Shown: positions 27,732-36,022 of the stretch, piece after piece | Layout of the letters: each line of letters begins with the position of its first letter | Numbering within the stretch: the first letter of the stretch is position 1 | Assembly (NCBI GenBank): GCA_015233375.1 | Contig: JADFXW010000003.1 | Coordinates: 1-43,065, forward strand | Direction: 5' to 3' | Length of the DNA stretch: 43,065 nt | DNA from: Candidatus Omnitrophota bacterium | GTDB lineage: Bacteria; Omnitrophota; Gorgyraeia; Zapsychrales; Fredricksoniimonadaceae | Made by a program: the position numbers and the translations under genes | The notes under the pieces: model-generated | Databases searched by the model: none | What the model was told of the DNA's origin: nothing | Seen by the model: only the letters and a program-made list of their open reading frames with translations

Positions 27732-29167
27732 AAACAAGCACTGTTTTTCATATCAATGAAGGAAAAATAAAATTTCTTCAGATGGCCAATGGCCATAAAA
27801 AACTTGTTACAGCGCTTGATGTGCTTGACATTGCCCAACAAGGTGATGAGGCCATCATTCAGACCTTGGTTTCTTTTCTTAAACAGAAGAAAATAAATTT
27901 CAACAATGGCCAGGTTTCGATTGTGGTTCCGCGTTCCTGGGTCATTTTAAGATTGCTTCATTTGCCATCCCACCAGGAAGATGAAATTCGTTCGATGATT
28001 GATTTGCAAATTGGAGAGTATATTCCTTACGCCAGAGAGGATGTTGAGCTTGATTTTCAGATACTTTCTAAAACACCCGACGGTTACTCTAAAGTAGCCG
28101 TGGTCATTATTCCGCAAGAAATTGCCATGCGTTATTGGACTATTTTTAATCAGGCTAAAATCCCCGTCCATCGCATGACTATTTCCTCAGTGGGTTTATG
28201 GTTATGGTACCAACAACAGCCTGGCCTTTCTGATAAACCAGCAGCGGTTTTTGATTTAGATATGAATAGCAGCGAAATATGCCTGTGTTGTAAAACTCAT
28301 ATGATGGCATCAAGAGAAATTCCCATAGGTTTTGATCAGATACAAAAAGATGGTTATGAGGAAATTTTAAAACAATGGGAATTAACTCAAAACACTATCA
28401 GTGATAAGGTGTTTGAAAAAAACACTTCTGTTTATCTGATGATGACAACGGATAAAAACAGTGGCTTAAGCAATGAGTTGAAAAGGTTAAATGAGGGATT
28501 ATTAGTCAAAGAGATATATTTAACAAAAGAATTGACCTTAAAGAAAGGCTTGCAATGGCCTCAAGCTATCATAGAAGAAGGGATATCATTAGCGGCATTA
28601 GCCGGGATTGCTTGTTGTTCAATGAATATACCTGTTGATTTAGTCCCTAAATCTATTAAGGAATCAAAAAATAAACGTTTATTGAAACGTCAGTTAATTG
28701 TTTTAAGTATTTGGTTTACAACAGGTTTAATTTCTTTAGGCTTTGCATTAGGAATGGGGTATTTTAAGAAGAATATGGAATTAGCAAGACTCGAGGAAGC
28801 CCTCGCCGAAACCAAACATGAATCAGCGTCTGTTAAGAAACAATTACAAAAAATTCATGATATTGAGGATATCATTAAAAAAAGATTGATTTTCTCAAAT
28901 TTGGTTGAAAAAATAACGCCTTTGCTTGCGCCTGAAATGTATTTGGTCAATATTTCCATCAGTGAGAAGAATACGTTGTCCTTCCAAGGGTTGACTCAAA
29001 AATCAACCGCCATTAATCAATTTCAGAGTGATTTGGTAAACACTCATGATTTTTCTGATGTAAAGCTTGAATATGTTAATAAAAGAATGACTCAACAAGG
29101 TGAAATTGATTATTTTAAGATGACGTGCATTATTAATTCCTCAGGTGATAAAAATGAAAAAACTTAA
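27728..29167 (+). CDS. PilM-like actin-fold domain fused to a TM helix and PilN-like domain (GspL-equivalent)
   Basis: The N-terminal ~300 aa are PilM-like. Then VDLVPKSIKE (PilN INLLP-like), a TM helix LIVLSIWFTTGLISLGFALGMGY and a coiled coil. Confidence 0.6.
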   Translation: MKTSTVFHINEGKIKFLQMANGHKKLVTALDVLDIAQQGDEAIIQTLVSFLKQKKINFNNGQVSIVVPRSWVILRLLHLPSHQEDEIRSMIDLQIGEYIPYAREDVELDFQILSKTPDGYSKVAVVIIPQEIAMRYWTIFNQAKIPVHRMTISSVGLWLWYQQQPGLSDKPAAVFDLDMNSSEICLCCKTHMMASREIPIGFDQIQKDGYEEILKQWELTQNTISDKVFEKNTSVYLMMTTDKNSGLSNELKRLNEGLLVKEIYLTKELTLKKGLQWPQAIIEEGISLAALAGIACCSMNIPVDLVPKSIKESKNKRLLKRQLIVLSIWFTTGLISLGFALGMGYFKKNMELARLEEALAETKHESASVKKQLQKIHDIEDIIKKRLIFSNLVEKITPLLAPEMYLVNISISEKNTLSFQGLTQKSTAINQFQSDLVNTHDFSDVKLEYVNKRMTQQGEIDYFKMTCIINSSGDKNEKT

Positions 29168-29684
29168 AAATAGTGAAACAGTCATATTAATTATTGCAGT
29201 CGTGTTATTTATTTGTTTTTTGGTCATGCAGTTTATTATTAAACCTATCCGTGAAGGAGATGTGGATATCAATGACAGGTTACGGGTTTCTAAAACGAGA
29301 TTAATCAAAGAACAGCAGACAGCGGCTCAAAAATCTTTGGTTGAATCAAGATATGAAAATTTAGTGAATCTGGTTGGGGTAGATGATTCCGAAGAGGCTC
29401 AAATGACCGTGATTGTTTCAAAGATTGAGAATTCTGCCCATGAAAGCAATGTGCATATCGCTAACATCAGGCCCTTGCCTTCTGTAAAAGAAAAAGAGGC
29501 GGTGTTCTTAAAGGTTGAGTTAGAATTAGATGGCCAATGGCTGGATATTGTTCACTTTTTAAATCTTCTTCAAGCCCAGCCCAATTTTTATTTTATCAAT
29601 GATTTGAATTTAGAAAAAAGTGCGGAAGGATCCAGTGTGTTACGCGGCGATATTGTGGTTTCGAGGATGTGTTTGGTTCATTGA
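29145..29684 (+). CDS. PilO/GspM-like secretion-system component
   Basis: Single N-terminal TM helix, a coiled coil, and a C-terminal alpha/beta domain. Last gene of the operon. Assignment rests on architecture and position only. Confidence 0.5.
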   Translation: MIKMKKLKNSETVILIIAVVLFICFLVMQFIIKPIREGDVDINDRLRVSKTRLIKEQQTAAQKSLVESRYENLVNLVGVDDSEEAQMTVIVSKIENSAHESNVHIANIRPLPSVKEKEAVFLKVELELDGQWLDIVHFLNLLQAQPNFYFINDLNLEKSAEGSSVLRGDIVVSRMCLVH

Positions 29685-29715
29685 TATTATATCTAATTTA
29701 GAAAGCGTTTTCTTA

Positions 29716-29741
29716 AAACAAGCCAAATAGGCTTGTTTTTG
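29716..29741 (+). terminator. Rho-independent terminator closing the secretion operon
   Basis: AACAAGCC-AAATA-GGCTTGTT followed by TTT, 32 nt after the stop at 29684. Confidence 0.6.
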
Positions 29742-29796
29742 AATTTTTATATGGCATACTTTTCTTAGGGGGTTGTTATAGGGAGGGAGAAGCCCT

Positions 29797-32700
29797 ATGT
29801 GCCATATAAGAAGAAAGACAAGCCGTAAGATTATTGCACAGATTATTTTTTTTACTTTTATTTATATTTCTGTTATTCCTCCTGTTTTAGCCCAATCTGT
29901 TGACCCAATACCTTATATGCCTCAAGCAGGCCTCATGGTGCGCTTAAGCCAGAGGTTTACACCTGCCTACTTAACAGGGATAGTCATTCATCCTGAGAAT
30001 GCCCTGAAATTTGATTTTATTATTTATAAAGGAGATAAGAAGCTTAGTGACTCCCAAAAACGCATAGAATATACAAAATTAGCTAAATACTTTTTAGCCT
30101 CTTTAGCCATTCCAGATGAAGACCAGTGGGTCAACCTGTCTCCTTATGAAAAAAACAGGCTCATCCAGGATGATTTTGGCAAGACTGAAATGGGCCGTGA
30201 TTTATTAACACAGGATTATATGCTCAAACAAATAACAGCTTCTTTGATATATCCAGAAGATAATTTAGGCAAGAAATTCTGGGGGAAGATTTATACAGAG
30301 GCCCAGAGGCGATATGGGACCAGTGATGTGCCGGTCGATACCTTTAATAAGGTTTGGATACTCCCAGACAGCGCCGTAATTTTTGAAAAGGGTAATGCAG
30401 CGTATATTTTAAAGAATCATTTAAAGGTGATGTTGGAAGAAGACTATTTATCCTTGCAAAAACACTCTGCCATTTCCCTCTCTTTAAACAACAAAACACA
30501 CAGCATCGCCTCTAAAATTATCAAAGAGATAGTCCTTCCCGCCTTACAGCGCGAAGTCAACGAAGGCAAGAATTTCGCGCCATTAAGGCAAGTTTACAGC
30601 GGCATGTTGTTAGCGGCCTGGTATAAACGAGCTCTTAAGGATTCATTATTAGGGAAGATATACGCGAATAGGGCCAAGGTCAAAGGTATAGACCAGGACC
30701 CAAGAATGAATGAACGGATTTATCGTCAATACTTAAAGGCTTATAAAAAAGGTGTTTTTAATTTTATTAAGGAAGATGTTGATAGATATACACATGAAAT
30801 GATTCCAAGAAAATATTTTTCTGGCGGGACAATGGGTTTTGGTGCAACGCCAGCGACCTTTGCGCAGGTTGTCGAACGCACATCTAGTCCTACCAAAATT
30901 ACCCAAGCTAATGCGTTAATACCTGAATCAGATTTGGTATCAGCAGCTATGCAAGCGCCATCAGAAAAAATACCAACAAAAGAAAATCATGCTATGCAAT
31001 CATCACTACGGAATATTTTAAATGAAATGAAAGTAGAGGGTTCTAGACAAGAAGAATATGCATTAAATCAGGCTTTTCAACTTATTGAACTTTCAAAACT
31101 TAAGCCGCAAAAAATCGAAGATAAAGATCTTAACATATTAATTGAAGGATTATCAGGAAAGCATGGACTAGCGTCTTTTTTGTTAGGTAGGATTTCTATG
31201 TCAGGTGTTTTATTACATTTTTTAAAAGATTTTGTTCCTGCTTATCTAAGTTATAAACAAGCAACAGATATTGTTCAGGCTCTGAAGGCTTTCTGGGGAA
31301 TGGGTACAAAAGGGGATGCTCAATTGAAAGAACTGATAGGAACACCATTAGATCATAGTGAACAGGTCAATGAGGCTGAAAAGATGGTTGAGTCAGTTTA
31401 TCAAAGGTCGCCAGTTGCTCAGAAAGTGCGTTTAGGTGGCAATCGTCAAGGTGGAAGCAAGAAAATACCTTTTAGAGGTCCTGTGTGGATTACAGCAGGA
31501 AATTTTTCTTATAAGGTATGGGAAGAAAATGGGTTGGTGAAATTCCAAAGGTATGACGCAAAAGATGGGAAAGAACAAGGAGGAGAATACGTGGTTCCCC
31601 CTGGGAACGCATGGAATGTTGGTAGAGTTCGAGAATATAATAATTATGTAATGAAAGATGAAGCCTTATCTAGCCAGCATTTTTCTTTTAAGGTGATTAA
31701 TGGAGAAATATTAATAAATGATTTAAAGTCTTTCAATGGTACTGTGGTTCAATGGGATGCTGCGATGACTCATCTGACGGAGAAGGACACTAACTTTATT
31801 GATAGAGGGATGATTGCGAATGCTTCAGTCGCTGAGAGAAAGTCTGTCATTGAAGAAATTAATCAGAGTGGGAATTTGCGAGATGCTGAAATAGCCCGAA
31901 GGCTTAAAGAATTAGGGTATCATCCTTCGGGTGAGTTTGATTTTGATGAAAATGGCCATGGACACCCTATTATAATGGGATATCACCAGTTTCGTAATGT
32001 GGAAGACACCATGCTTGTTGACCCCGAAATAGATAAAATATTTGATGAAGTCTATAAGGAATTTTTTCAAAAATTAAGAGAGAAGTTTCAAGGCGTTGAT
32101 TTGGATCATTTGCTAGGAGGAGACAAACATGAAGCTATAGTAGCTATATATCAAATTTTATATCAGAATTTTGAATATGAAATTCTTTCACAACATAGAC
32201 AGGGAAGAGTGGTTTTAATTGGTGACACCTATAGTAGAGGGGCAGACGGAAAGGGTGTCTGCCGTCACATGGGGCTTTTTATTGCTGCTATCTTACGTCG
32301 ATTAATTGAGGCTAACGTATTGCACGGGAGTGTCTATTTGGTTGGAAGAAATGGTCATGCTTGGGCTGTTTATCAAACTAGCGGTAAAACAGAACAAACG
32401 AGAGGGAGATACGTCTTTGATCTGGCGCAAAAAAAGTTTTTGCAACCAGGCCAAGTGGGAAAATATAAGGGAAATGGGGAACAGATGTATAATTATGATG
32501 ATGCTTTTGATGAATTGAAACAACAAGAAGCATCAAATCAAGCGGCAGGAGAAATCAGACCTTCGCCAGAGATAGATTTAAGTATACTACATACTTCACC
32601 ACATGGCGCTCGAGCTAAGCACAACGATCAGTATTTAGAAAGAGAAAATGATATTGTTCTTCGCAATACGACGGTGTTGACGGAATTTATGAAGATGCAT

Positions 32701-34167
32701 CATAGTACAAAATCCCCAGGGCCTATGAAAGCATTTCTTCAAGTTGAAGATGGATTAATTTCAAATATTAATATCTTCCCAAGTACAGGAGCTATTCCAA
32801 TTACAATTGATAGTAAAGGGAAAATTTCTTTAAACGAAGATGAGGATAGAATAACTAATGAATATTCTCTTATCAAAAGGGCATGTGACAGGTTTAGTAT
32901 GCTTTATAAAGGAAATTCGCAAGAACCGATAGAGTATAAAGGTCCTTTGACTTTGATCTTGGCTAAAAATATTGAATTGACAATTGTGGAAGAAGCGCCT
33001 GGTCAATTTTTTATTAAGGGCAATTTAGGTTTGATATCTGAGGTGTCTATCCCCTTATTAGATAAGGCTACTAACCCCGAAGAAAATCCAGTTCAGATAG
33101 GAAGAAACGCTGCAGACAATTTACAGATCGGGTCGAATAAGATGCTGGCGTCGACAGACCAGGGAATTAAGAAAATTTCTTCAAGTCATCTTACTATCTC
33201 ACGAGTTGGTAGAACAATATATTTCAGGGATGGAAATGGCAACGATAAACCTTCGACCAATGGGACCATGATCATTGACGCGGATGCCGTGGCCCCTGAA
33301 GCAATCATTGAGAAAAATATGAAGACCCTCAATTCTGATGCAATTAATGATGCAATTAATGATGCAATTAATAAGGCGAGGGCTGAACATAGAAGAGTTT
33401 CTCGCAGAATTGAGATTCCTGTTAATGTCGATAAATATGGACAGATAATAACTTTTGGAAATCCTGACGACACTACTAGGGAATTATATTCGTTTACCCT
33501 ATCTGTAAGAGCAGCGTGGGATAGGCAGGATAATCCATTTCAGATATCGGAATTTGAATATTGGCCCGACGAAGGCGTATTGCGTGATGCGGTAGGCTTA
33601 CAAGATGCTCAAGTGTTACAAAATATAAAAAAGATGCTTGATGATACAATCGATAGAATAAATAAGGAATTCATTAGTCAAGAACTTGAAGATGATGAAA
33701 CGAGGTTAATTTTAGCATTTCGTTTATTTGCACAAGGAAAGGAGGAGTCGGCAAAAAAAATGCTAAAAACTACAGATCCACCTCAACTTACTCGTAGGTT
33801 TGCTCAGGATTTCCTGCAATGTCAAAATTTTGATACAACTTACAAAGCGTTCAAAAAAAAGAATTGGGTTAAGGGTGATAGATTCGCATTGTTGGTGCAC
33901 AATCTTCAAACTACAGAATTAAGGGGTATCGTAAAGGGAATTGCTGACAGTGCTATGGTGGGACAAGTTAATAATCATCAATACGGTGGTATTGATTTTA
34001 ATTCTGCTAATTTGGCCATGATAATTAAACGGGATGCTCATGGGGGCAGCTTCCCGTTGTCAAAGCAAGAAATGGCTATTTTAAATAAAATTGAAGGCTT
34101 GGAACCAAAAGTCCTTTCCATCATACCTGCTATCGAATCATCTCTTGTTTCAGATCTTGTGAGTTAA
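29797..34167 (+). CDS. P2: exported giant protein with conserved head, FHA - transglutaminase-like - FHA payload and conserved tail
   Basis: RBS GGGAGGGAG. Signal peptide ends VLAQ. Head is shared with P1/P3/P4. FHA1 has VGRVRE..SSQH..SFNGT. Cys-His-Asp core is GVCRHMG / GHAWAV / VFDLA. FHA2 has IGRNA..SSSH..STNGT. Tail is YGGIDFNSANL... Confidence 0.85.
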   Translation: MCHIRRKTSRKIIAQIIFFTFIYISVIPPVLAQSVDPIPYMPQAGLMVRLSQRFTPAYLTGIVIHPENALKFDFIIYKGDKKLSDSQKRIEYTKLAKYFLASLAIPDEDQWVNLSPYEKNRLIQDDFGKTEMGRDLLTQDYMLKQITASLIYPEDNLGKKFWGKIYTEAQRRYGTSDVPVDTFNKVWILPDSAVIFEKGNAAYILKNHLKVMLEEDYLSLQKHSAISLSLNNKTHSIASKIIKEIVLPALQREVNEGKNFAPLRQVYSGMLLAAWYKRALKDSLLGKIYANRAKVKGIDQDPRMNERIYRQYLKAYKKGVFNFIKEDVDRYTHEMIPRKYFSGGTMGFGATPATFAQVVERTSSPTKITQANALIPESDLVSAAMQAPSEKIPTKENHAMQSSLRNILNEMKVEGSRQEEYALNQAFQLIELSKLKPQKIEDKDLNILIEGLSGKHGLASFLLGRISMSGVLLHFLKDFVPAYLSYKQATDIVQALKAFWGMGTKGDAQLKELIGTPLDHSEQVNEAEKMVESVYQRSPVAQKVRLGGNRQGGSKKIPFRGPVWITAGNFSYKVWEENGLVKFQRYDAKDGKEQGGEYVVPPGNAWNVGRVREYNNYVMKDEALSSQHFSFKVINGEILINDLKSFNGTVVQWDAAMTHLTEKDTNFIDRGMIANASVAERKSVIEEINQSGNLRDAEIARRLKELGYHPSGEFDFDENGHGHPIIMGYHQFRNVEDTMLVDPEIDKIFDEVYKEFFQKLREKFQGVDLDHLLGGDKHEAIVAIYQILYQNFEYEILSQHRQGRVVLIGDTYSRGADGKGVCRHMGLFIAAILRRLIEANVLHGSVYLVGRNGHAWAVYQTSGKTEQTRGRYVFDLAQKKFLQPGQVGKYKGNGEQMYNYDDAFDELKQQEASNQAAGEIRPSPEIDLSILHTSPHGARAKHNDQYLERENDIVLRNTTVLTEFMKMHHSTKSPGPMKAFLQVEDGLISNINIFPSTGAIPITIDSKGKISLNEDEDRITNEYSLIKRACDRFSMLYKGNSQEPIEYKGPLTLILAKNIELTIVEEAPGQFFIKGNLGLISEVSIPLLDKATNPEENPVQIGRNAADNLQIGSNKMLASTDQGIKKISSSHLTISRVGRTIYFRDGNGNDKPSTNGTMIIDADAVAPEAIIEKNMKTLNSDAINDAINDAINKARAEHRRVSRRIEIPVNVDKYGQIITFGNPDDTTRELYSFTLSVRAAWDRQDNPFQISEFEYWPDEGVLRDAVGLQDAQVLQNIKKMLDDTIDRINKEFISQELEDDETRLILAFRLFAQGKEESAKKMLKTTDPPQLTRRFAQDFLQCQNFDTTYKAFKKKNWVKGDRFALLVHNLQTTELRGIVKGIADSAMVGQVNNHQYGGIDFNSANLAMIIKRDAHGGSFPLSKQEMAILNKIEGLEPKVLSIIPAIESSLVSDLVS
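33337..33372 (+). repeat. Perfect 12-nt tandem repeat x3 (GATGCAATTAAT) inside P2
   Basis: Read directly from the sequence. Encodes DAIN-DAIN-DAIN. Confidence 0.95.
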
Positions 34168-34202
34168 AACTAGTAAGGCTGATATGATACAGCTCTGATA
34201 AC

Positions 34203-34234
34203 TGGATCCCCGAGTAAAGCTTTCGGGGATGACA
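34203..34234. repeat. Hairpin repeat GGATCCCCGA-GTAAAGCTT-TCGGGGATGACA (intergenic, after P2)
   Basis: 8-bp stem ATCCCCGA/TCGGGGAT. The ATGACA tail also ends family C repeats. Confidence 0.6.
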
Positions 34235-34264
34235 AAGAACGTATCAAAAAACAAATAATGAATA

Positions 34265-34293
34265 TTGCGCATATGTGTAATATGTGTTATATT
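34265..34293 (+). promoter_or_regulatory. Sigma70-like promoter of the toxin-antitoxin pair, with a tandem ATATGTGT repeat in the spacer
   Basis: TTGCGC, a 17-nt spacer (ATATGTGTAATATGTGT), then TATATT. RBS GGGAGGA lies before the ATG at 34314. Confidence 0.5.
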
Positions 34294-34313
34294 AAGTCAG
34301 GGAGGACAAGGTT

Positions 34314-34538
34314 ATGCCTAACATTACATTATCAATACCACAACAACTTTTAAAAGAAGGAAGGGATTATGCTAAGAAGAACAATACAACTTTAAATGCG
34401 CTTGTAAGAGACTTATTGAGTCATGTTTCTTGGAAGAGCAAAGAAGGCTGTATGAAAGATTTTTTTGCCTTGGCGGATCGTCATCCTGTTTCATCTAAGG
34501 GCAAGAAATGGAAACGTGAGGATTTGTATGATATCTAG
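34314..34538 (+). CDS. Ribbon-helix-helix (CopG/VapB-like) antitoxin
   Basis: The N-terminus ITLSIPQQLLKEGRDYAKKNNTTLNALVRDLL fits an RHH fold. Overlaps the PIN gene start by 11 nt. Confidence 0.6.
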   Translation: MPNITLSIPQQLLKEGRDYAKKNNTTLNALVRDLLSHVSWKSKEGCMKDFFALADRHPVSSKGKKWKREDLYDI

Positions 34539-34953
34539 ATATTTTATTGATACTAATATTCTTGTTTATTCTGTTGATTCCCATGACAAACACAAACAAA
34601 AAATGAGCAGGATGAAATTAATTGAACTTGAAAAAAATCGTAACGGAATTATTTCAACCCAGATTATCCAAGAATTTTATATAACATCTGTAAAAAAACT
34701 TAAAACAAACCCTGTTATTGCAAAGCAACAAGTTGAAAGATTGTCTTCTTTTGAAGTCATTGAGATCGATGTGCCTCTAATTAAAGAGGCTATTGATTTA
34801 AGCATTGTCAACCAATTTAACTTTTGGGACGCGCTGGTCATGTGTTGCGCTTTGAAATCACAATGTGATTTTTTATTGACCGAAGATTTAAGCCATGGTC
34901 AAATGATTAAAAATGTTAAGGTTGAAAATATTTTTAGGACAAGGGACTCTTAA
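34528..34953 (+). CDS. vapC: PIN-domain toxin (VapC family)
   Basis: YFIDTNILVY (first acidic residue), E in IQEFY, FWDALVMCCA and LLTEDL. The ATG at 34528 overlaps the antitoxin stop. Confidence 0.8.
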   Translation: MISRYFIDTNILVYSVDSHDKHKQKMSRMKLIELEKNRNGIISTQIIQEFYITSVKKLKTNPVIAKQQVERLSSFEVIEIDVPLIKEAIDLSIVNQFNFWDALVMCCALKSQCDFLLTEDLSHGQMIKNVKVENIFRTRDS

Positions 34954-34961
34954 TAAATCCT

Positions 34962-35918
34962 CTAACCCTTTTTGTATATTTCCAGTTTTTCAACGACTTG
35001 ATCTAATTGGGTCAATTTCATCAGATCAGATCTGACCTTTGAAATATTGGGTAAGCCTTTAAGGTATCCTACATAATATTTACGAAAAGTTTGTACCCCG
35101 TATTTTTCCCCTCTTGATTCGACATTTAATTTTAAATGCTCTATACATAATTTTATCTTTTCTAAAATATCAGGCTCAGGCAAATGAGCGCCTGTGTTTA
35201 AGAAATGTTTGATTTGCTTAAAAATCCAGGGATTTGCTATAGCGCCCCGGCCTATCATGAGTCCATCGCAGCCTGTCTCAAGCATGGCTTTGGCGTCATC
35301 AGCAGAGGTAATGTCCCCGTTTCCAATAAGAGGAATGCTGATAATTTTCTTTATTTTTTCAAGCCATGACCAGTCCGCAAAACCGCTATGAGCCTGGGAT
35401 CTGGTGCGGCAATGAAGGGTCAATGCTTTGGCGCCTGCAGCCTCAACCATTTTAGCAACATCTTCGATGACAATGCTTTTATCGTCCCAGCCTAAACGTG
35501 TCTTGACGGTCACGGGAAGGTTTGTGGCTTGGACTGTATTTTTGACCACATCTTCAAAGAGCTTTAAGTCCCGTAAAAGTCCAGCGCCCTCATTGCGGGA
35601 AACATGATTTTTGACCCAGCAGCCGCAATTAATATCAATAAAATCAGGTTTTAATTTTTCTATGGCCTGGGCGGCACGGGCCATGCTTTCTGGTTTTCCG
35701 CCAAAAATTTGAATACCAACAGGGCGTTCTTCTTCAGAAATTCTCATTTTTTCCATAATGCGGGGAATATCTCTAATAATGCCTTCTGAAGAGGTAAATT
35801 CAGTGTAGGTGATGTCTGCTCCTAGCCGTTTACAAATCAAACGAAAAGGAAGATCAGTCACATCTTCCATAGGGGCAAGACAAAGAGGGTGTTGAATATC
35901 AAAAGATCCGATTTTCAT
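34962..35918 (-). CDS. dus: tRNA-dihydrouridine synthase
   Basis: LCLAPMEDVTDLPFRLICKRLGADITYTEF, IDINCGC, a TVKTRLGWD motif and the C-terminal helical domain. Confidence 0.92.
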   Translation of the reverse strand: MKIGSFDIQHPLCLAPMEDVTDLPFRLICKRLGADITYTEFTSSEGIIRDIPRIMEKMRISEEERPVGIQIFGGKPESMARAAQAIEKLKPDFIDINCGCWVKNHVSRNEGAGLLRDLKLFEDVVKNTVQATNLPVTVKTRLGWDDKSIVIEDVAKMVEAAGAKALTLHCRTRSQAHSGFADWSWLEKIKKIISIPLIGNGDITSADDAKAMLETGCDGLMIGRGAIANPWIFKQIKHFLNTGAHLPEPDILEKIKLCIEHLKLNVESRGEKYGVQTFRKYYVGYLKGLPNISKVRSDLMKLTQLDQVVEKLEIYKKG

Positions 35919-36022
35919 AGGTTGATTATTATATCTAAAATAATTTGTTTTTTAAGCTAATTTTAATGAAAACTTCAAGATATGTATGTTATACTTTAGA
36001 AGCAATCATTTCAAAAGGATAC

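Noticed and set aside
29797-34167. Diversity-generating retroelement or similar targeted hypervariation acting on the giant proteins
   Set aside because: The window contains no reverse transcriptase gene and no template/variable repeat pair. The only internal repeat is the short DAIN triplication.
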